A stretch of 64,000 nucleotides of DNA from positions 45,942,001 through 46,006,000 of the forward strand of contig OZ260666.1 of NCBI GenBank assembly GCA_965285935.1, written 5' to 3'. Every line of letters begins with the position of its first letter. Position 1 is the stretch's first letter. Origin of the DNA: Ophelia neglecta (lineage: Eukaryota). Below the pieces are notes generated by a model. It was not told the DNA's origin. It saw nothing but the letters and a program-made list of their open reading frames with translations, and did no database searches. Below, piece after piece: positions 57,073 through 64,000 of this stretch. The translations under genes were made by a program, and so were the position numbers.

Positions 57073-57242
57073 ATTTGATGTTCTGCATTACTGGGATCAA
57101 AACTCATTTCTAATTTTGTCATTCCCTTGAAATATTATCTTGCTCCCTATAAATAACATTTCTATTTTCATTCCCTGAAATACTATTTAATCATTCTCTT
57201 GAATTTGATGTTCTGCATTACTGGGATCAAAACTCATTTCTA
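57073..57242 (+). repeat. 40-bp direct duplication flanking a ~90-bp copy of 57825-57914
   Basis: ATTTGATGTTCTGCATTACTGGGATCAAAACTCATTTCTA occurs at 57073-57112 and 57203-57242. The intervening 57113-57202 matches 57825-57914 with about 3 substitutions. Confidence 0.9.
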
Positions 57243-57584
57243 TTTTTCTAAAATGATAGGAGCATGAAATCTATAAAAGATGGATTCAAGATATTGAATC
57301 CTGTAAAAGCCATGTATTTTTGAACCCTTTGTTTAATTCCTGTGAATTTTGTAAGAAGCTCATAACAGTAATAAAAATTCAATATACTCAAACAGTAAAT
57401 GAGTAATAATTTGGGGTATTTGCAGATAACTGAAATGCCAATTTTATCAGCTGTGACATTAGTCTTATACTGTAGACAGTCAGGGTAAGATATGGTAAAA
57501 CAGGAAAATTTGCCGAATTAATGTTTGTAGAACAGGCACATGTTAACTGCACTTCATTTTTTGTAAATTCTTACCTTTACAATA

Positions 57585-58105
57585 CAGAGCCCCTAAAGGG
57601 ACACAATCGGAACAAAATTGAAGCTAAATATATTAATTCATTCCCACGAAAAATTATTTCTTTACCTCATATCATTAGTTTGTTCCCTAAAAATAATATT
57701 TTGTTCCCTCAAAATAACATTTCATTCCCTCAAAAAATGCTTTCATTCCCATGATGTAGAAGTTATATTATTCCTTCAAAGTAAGGTTCTTATTTCATTC
57801 CCACAAAATAATGTCCTTGAAATCATTTTGTCATTCCCTTGAAATATTATCTTGCTCCCTATAAATAACATTTCTATTTTCATTCCCTGAAATACTATAT
57901 AATCATTCCCTTAAAATAATGGTATTATTTTGTTTCCTTTAAATATTATTTTGCTCCCTCTAACTATTATTTCATTATCTCTTAATATAACTTCATTATT
58001 CCATTCCCTCAAACTATTATATCATTACCTCAACATTATATGTTCCCTGGAAATAATATTATCTTGTTCCCTCAAAATAATATCTTATTCCCTCGAATAA
58101 TATGT
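57585..58105 (+). repeat. Interspersed repeat with a degenerate ~21-22 bp tandem core (TT(C/G)(A/T)TTCCCTCAAAATAATAT-like)
   Basis: Over 20 periodic TTCCC(T/A) motifs following a non-repetitive head (AGAGCCCCTAAAGGGACACAATCG). Confidence 0.75.
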
Positions 58106-58746
58106 AACTTTAAAACCTATATTATCCCAGATCATCTGTCTATAGAGTCACTGCACAATGATTGTGGATGTAGACTGGTCGCCAGAAAATAGGGAGCTTC
58201 CGGGCTAGATAATATTAATCTCTCCTTGCCAAGTGATGGGCTTAAAAGAGCTAACATCCATTTCTAAACGTTTTTTAAATGTAACACTACATGTATATTG
58301 TTGGACTTTGTTCTCAAATGCCTAATTGTTGCGGCCTGATTGCCGAGGGAAATGTAGCCCATTTGTGGTTTCAATATAAATTGTTTCAGTTGAGAACATT
58401 TTAATTTGGCCCATGCATGGAGGAATAAAGAACCAATCTTGTTTGTATTTTTCATTACTTTATAAGCCTAAGTATGGCTTCTCAGACTTCTCTGGTTTAT
58501 GTGGGTAGTCTTATCATGAAAAGAGGAAGTTTTGTACATTCTAAGGTTTATCCTATCACAGGACAATCTGTAATCTCATCATGGCAATTTACTAAAAGCT
58601 TCAGAGCCATCTGGTTATCATTTAAGCCAGTAGCTGCATGGAGCCATTTAATTGCTTCAATACATTTATTGAGCAAGGGATATAATGAAATGTAAGCCAC
58701 CATTGCTTCTTATATTTTTCAAAAGTGGACAACAATGCACAGTTTT

Positions 58747-58816
58747 AATAATGAAAATAATAGCATTTATATAGTGCTACATATTCTAAGTATGATAAGT
58801 TCAAAGGCACTTTACA
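58747..58816 (-). mobile_element. 3' tail remnant of an L2-clade LINE or an L2-mobilised SINE
   Basis: Minus strand TGTAAAGTGCCTTTGA...AGCACTATATAAATGCTATTATT is a CpG-decayed form of the TGTAAAGCGCTTTGAG...AGCGCTATATAAAT+(TAT)n tail. Confidence 0.55.
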
Positions 58817-59222
58817 ATAAGATATGACCAAACATTTATGAATACATAAATAATATTGCTTTATATAAAAAGAGTAGTCTGGGTTGTCACAGTTCCAGCA
58901 ATCCATGGTGAGGGAGCTGCATAGACAACGGCTTGTCTCTAGCAGGGCCACTGAGGAATCAGCAGCATTGTTGCTGCATCCTGAGCAGTTGAAGCCAATG
59001 AGCATTCAAAGCAAGTGACCAGCTGAATCTATGTTTCAGCACCCCAGCTATCTAATCAGAGCCACATGACTAAAGGACTGCTAGCCTCAATTAATACAAC
59101 TTTTATTGCCTCTTAGCAAGAATCGTTGGGATTATGTCATATTCTGAGAAACATAGTGACCTTGAAGGCAACATTTACTCATACAGTTAATGCCATTTGT
59201 TAGTTAAGTTAATGGGCATACA

Positions 59223-59334
59223 CAGGGAAGAATAAGGTGAAAAAGGACGGGAGCTCTTCTTTTTGTGTATCTATGGTGCAATTTTACCTCTTGTGCAAGA
59301 ATCCTCCTCATCTTTTTACCTTATTCTGCCCCTG
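59223..59334. mobile_element. Small inverted-repeat element (MITE-like hairpin, ~112 bp)
   Basis: CAGGGAAGAATAAGGTGAAAAAGGACGGGAG vs right (rc) CAGGGGCAGAATAAGGTAAAAAGATGAGGAG. Confidence 0.6.
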
Positions 59335-62300
59335 GGTGGAAACTTCTGGAAGCAAATAGACACAAACAGTCAATGGGCATATACAATGTAAATGTATCCG
59401 TTTGACATTTCAACCACTTCTTTCTCATTGTAGCCTATTTAGATTGTTATTATGACTCAAAGCGAGGATACCCTACTCTTATATGGAAACAGAAATGTCA
59501 CAGAGAATAAAACATGTTATACTAGTAAACAGTCTGTTAATATCTGTCAAAAAACTAGAAGGAAATATTATATATGTACATCTACAATATACAATGTTCT
59601 TGTAATGCCATGTACATGTAGATCTGTAAGTATATATAGCCAGGAATGCTGGTAAAATAAGTTGTTCATCCTATCCTACCACTTGAGCAGAATTTCCATC
59701 AGTGGTCTGCATGATGTGATCTTCGCAAATTAGGAGGCCTAGTAGTTGTACATGTACGTGTATAAGAAATTGATGGAGACAAAGTGATCAGTTAATGAAG
59801 CCGGCTGTCATAATTGTCAGAACGAATAAAGGAAAGACATAAAGACAGAGATGAAAGCTTTACTCATTTCTTACAGGGACTGGCTTGTCACGAACACCCT
59901 CAGTCTCTATAATGAATTTTGCTTGTTGTACTATATAATTATTTTCAATATTGATCCACATTATTTATATACATGTATGAAAAGGGATTTTCTCTCAACA
60001 ATAGTCTATTACAGCTGGCTGATTAACCAGCTACAAATAAAACATATATATTTCCAAACATAACTTCAATACATTAAGTGGTAAAACAAAGAGATCATCA
60101 TCTGATCCACAGAATGACATTATATATTGGTTTCCCTGTTCAGTAAAGGTTGTACACACACAACTTTGCCATTCTCCTATGATGAAGTAAAAACTTCCTC
60201 ATATTAAAATAATTACTCTTGGTTAATATGGTAATAGGTTTCAAATTGTTTCTGAGAAAATCTTTCAGGGTATACAGGAAAAAGCTAAATAGAGTTCAAG
60301 CCTTGACACATTTGTATGCACAAATGAATGTTCTCAAGCTGCGGTAAGGCCTGAAAAAAAACAAACAGATGCAGGATGGACATTCTTATAAAAGCAGCAG
60401 GTCACCAAAACATGCATGTTGCTGCAATATATTTGAACTTGTGCAGCCCATACTTAATGTCCTCTGTTGCTAACCCCCATACCCCCCCCCCCCCCATCTT
60501 CTGCCAACCATGCTCAGCACTAAAGTGTGTCATTAAAAACCTTGGCCAAGCTCATCTGCCTGAATGTAGTAGGGTCCTCCTCAATACCAAACTCTGGCCT
60601 ATAACATGCAGGCTCTAGCTAATATTCCTAATACACCAGTCAAAATGGCACAACACAGTGATAGAGCATACCACCCCAGCAAATTTCGGCTCATCAACAA
60701 ATTACACTAAAGCAACATCTCCATGGGCAAAAACTACAACCATAAGATTGATAAAACCATATCAAATATGATATAAACCACAGAACCAAAGACATAGCAT
60801 AGAAATAAAGTGGAAATGAGAAACAATCTAATAACATCAGGCTCTCCTGGGACCTATTTAGCTTCATCTATAAAAACTATTCCCAGAGGCCTTATTGTTC
60901 TACACAATTATGCTGTAGCAGGATATCAATCAGGAGTTGACCAGTCAGGTGTATGTGTAGATGAAGTACCGGTAATAACAAGACATATGTCCATGGGTTA
61001 CAGATGCCCCCATTTTTTAGCCTTGTCAACAATCTAATTTCTTATTCATTAATAAAAATGGACAGTGTGGTCAGGGACTAAGACCTGCTGATCTCAAAAT
61101 GGATAGGGGTTATCTACAGGGCTTGATCAACCTACCTATTAACTATGAGGACACTATAGACACAAGAGCTGTCTGGTTAATAATCGGACAACTATTTGTG
61201 TCGGTGGCCACTGTGGCCTTGACATTTCACCAATTAACTCTTCTGCAGGGGAAAGTCTTTTGTTTTAACTATTAATATTTCAGAGTTTCAGAGTGGCAAC
61301 TCCTCTTTAAAGACCCAACTAAAACAGAAGAGTCCCATGTGTTGCCTCCAATTGCCATTATTCATCATTAATGTTTTTTGGTGCAATTGATTGTTTTACA
61401 TAATTTCTTGGCCTAAAGCAGGTGTTCAACACATTTGGCAAACTTGAAATCTGCAGGCCAGGGAAATATTATGATACTTAATGTACCAATAAATTAAAGC
61501 AAAGAAACATGGGCTGTTAAATATGTTGATGGTATTTTACCTTTTTTAATTAATTAATATTTTTTACAAGCCTGTTTGATTAATTTCCCCTTTGTTATAT
61601 TAATACCTAGTTTGGCTTTTACAAGATCTTTGTTATTTTTTGGTGGCTAATCTGTTTAGGAAGTCACGTGACCATGAGGAATCTCCTGCTGATGTAATGG
61701 CCTTGTGAACCATATATTTAACTGGGATAAAACTCCAGGCAACAAACCTTCTTTATTCTTCTCCTGGAAAGAAAACAAGCAAGGTGCCTCTTCTACATTA
61801 CCGGTATATTAGCCAGGAGTGAAGAAAGTACATTAATGGTAAGATAAAATGGACCCTAAAGAACATTATAAACACTATTATATGCTGCCAATGGGAATTG
61901 AGATGTCTGAAGAATGAGCAGTGGTGCCAGAACACAAATGGTTTGAGTTTGAGCTGGCATCTGCCTTATGGTATGAGCAGGCATTGTAGAGCCCCATTAA
62001 CAAGTTTAATGTCACATCTACATTTTTATGTGGTATTTGTGTTCTTTTGTGGCATGTACATGTAAATTGTATCCACTGTATATCTGCAAATGTATAAAAA
62101 TATATCAACCTTGAGACAAATTTTTTTTCCTTTCTTATGGACATTAATGTGGCTTTTATTGAGTAATGAAAGTAGTAAAACATGTTTAAGTTAAAGCTCA
62201 TAATAAAAAGGGACCATTCAAATTAATGGAACCTTTTTTTTCAAGCACAAAGAAGTAGAAAAGGAACAATAGAATATTCATACCAGATCCTTCTTCTTTG

Positions 62301-64000
62301 AACAGTTTCTCTACCAGTGACCACCCATGGGGGGTTAAGAGTATAATTTGCCACCCTCGGGATTTGACTTATGAACTGACCATGATCCGGGAATTTAAGC
62401 CTTAATTTTGGCGAATTGGGATTTTACATTTGTCCATGATTCAGAATCAATGACCTTCATGAACTGTGATCTGGGAATGTTCCTTCTATAAACTGTAGGG
62501 AAAGGTCTCTGTATTTGGCTTTGTAGTGCTGTGCGGTATGATTCAGTGCTGATCCTCTGGCTCTGTAGTGGGAGCGGGGTGTCACATATGGGATAGGGTA
62601 GGGGTAATCTATTGTTCTCTCCCAGTGCAGTGTCAAACACAGGGAGCCGGAGGGAATCACTGCAAGTATTTCAATTTATCCGGATCAGGGCAATATTAAG
62701 AAAATATTGATTTATTCATTAATTTATGAGGTCTATGTTATGAAAAATTCAGATATTAAATGCTTGTGAGTCTAGGGAAGTGTCTCACTGGGATCAGGGT
62801 ACCCCAACCTCCCCTCATAATTGAGATAAGTGTAAATAATTCATGTTGTCAAAACACCTAGAAGACAAGGAGATTGGAAAAATGACCAGAAAAACTGATT
62901 GGCCATACTGTATTTTTGTTCTGTAGAAAGTCTCTTCAAACTTCAGGGTCACAATTTTACACACTAGTCTTAAATACTGCATCTAAATGTACAACACTCC
63001 AGACTATAATGCAATAACTTCCAGCCTACCTATCCGAGACTCACAAGCTTGTATATATTGTTATTCATTTGAAAGACGCACATTCCACACCATAAGGACA
63101 AGGAGATGCTAAATTGCCCCAAGGCTAGTAAATTCTGTGTGCAGTAGCCATGTACTTGTTGTGCATTATAAATGGCTGAGACTGCTATAATAATTGTAAA
63201 TGTATAAACATTCTACTCTTAAAGTATTGTTTTTGAATATGTACATGTATACTTGTAATAGTAATACTACACAGGAAAAGCCCTGTGATACTGATTCATT
63301 GTGATGGGTCTACTACTAAAAGTTTTGACAAGGGCACATATACAGCTTTTATGGAATCAAGACATAGCATGGCAAATGACAAAATGGCATTGGTGTGGGG
63401 AAAAAAGAAAATGGATTTTGACTGTTGAAACAAGTTTTCCTTTGATTAATAGGGGAAGCCATGTTTGCCGATTTCTTCCTTTAAGCATCTCTTGCATAGC
63501 TGACATTCCTGACTCCAGCATCTATTTTTTTCTTTATGTCATTCCCTTTTCAGGTTGAGGACTGTTTTAAACACTTTGTCAAAATAAGAAATCCATTCCA
63601 ATCTAATATTACAGATGCCAGCATGATAATTTAATTCAACTATGAACTGAAACTTGGTACAGTATGTCAATATTTTAGCAGGAGAAACAACAGCATTTGA
63701 GTTGGAGATGATGCAATTTCCATGAAAATATTTCATTCCCAAACAAAACTTGTTCATTGTTTATATATCTAAGATCTGCAGGCAAACAAGTGGAAATTTT
63801 AAAAAATACATTATTATATGCTTTGCATTATTGAATAATGATAAAAATTGATATATATAATTGATATCAATCGAAAATAGCATTTGAAAGTCTACCAGTG
63901 AAGTCTGCCATTATAAGACTGCCAAACATCAATTATCTTTTACTAGTCATTGAGAAAACTTGTCATATAGGCTATGAGTTTGTGACCACATTTGTACTCT

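Overview
AT-rich (~35-37% GC), CpG-depleted animal genomic DNA, most consistent with a marine invertebrate such as a lophotrochozoan (inferred from the repeat families and TACATGTA enrichment; the species cannot be determined). One protein-coding gene is firmly recognisable, and the ORF track misses it. It is the first coding exon (76 nt, minus strand, 11613-11538) of an Elk-type (Kv12/KCNH3-4-8 subfamily) EAG-family voltage-gated K+ channel, encoding [25 protein letters not shown](H) and followed by a perfect GTAAGT donor. The next (PAS-domain) exon was not found, so 1-11537 appears to be intron. Upstream, splice signals predict a 4-exon, ~880-nt 5' leader (15956-15643, 15079-14860, 12380-12283, 11858-11614) and a promoter with an Inr, paired RFX X-box-like motifs and two CCAAT boxes (~15953-16019). 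The predicted leader holds a chain of nearly abutting uORFs (17, 15, 78 and 74 aa) ending 2 nt before the Elk ATG, which is the most interesting signal here. The remaining ~48 kb has no recognisable gene. It is a mosaic of enhancer-like GC-richer islands, MITEs (TA-, TTAA- and 8-bp-TSD types), a foldback element containing a TIR-related 21-bp satellite, 21-bp and 53-bp minisatellites, SINE/LINE remnants and a templated-insertion scar. Nearly all listed ORFs are spurious.
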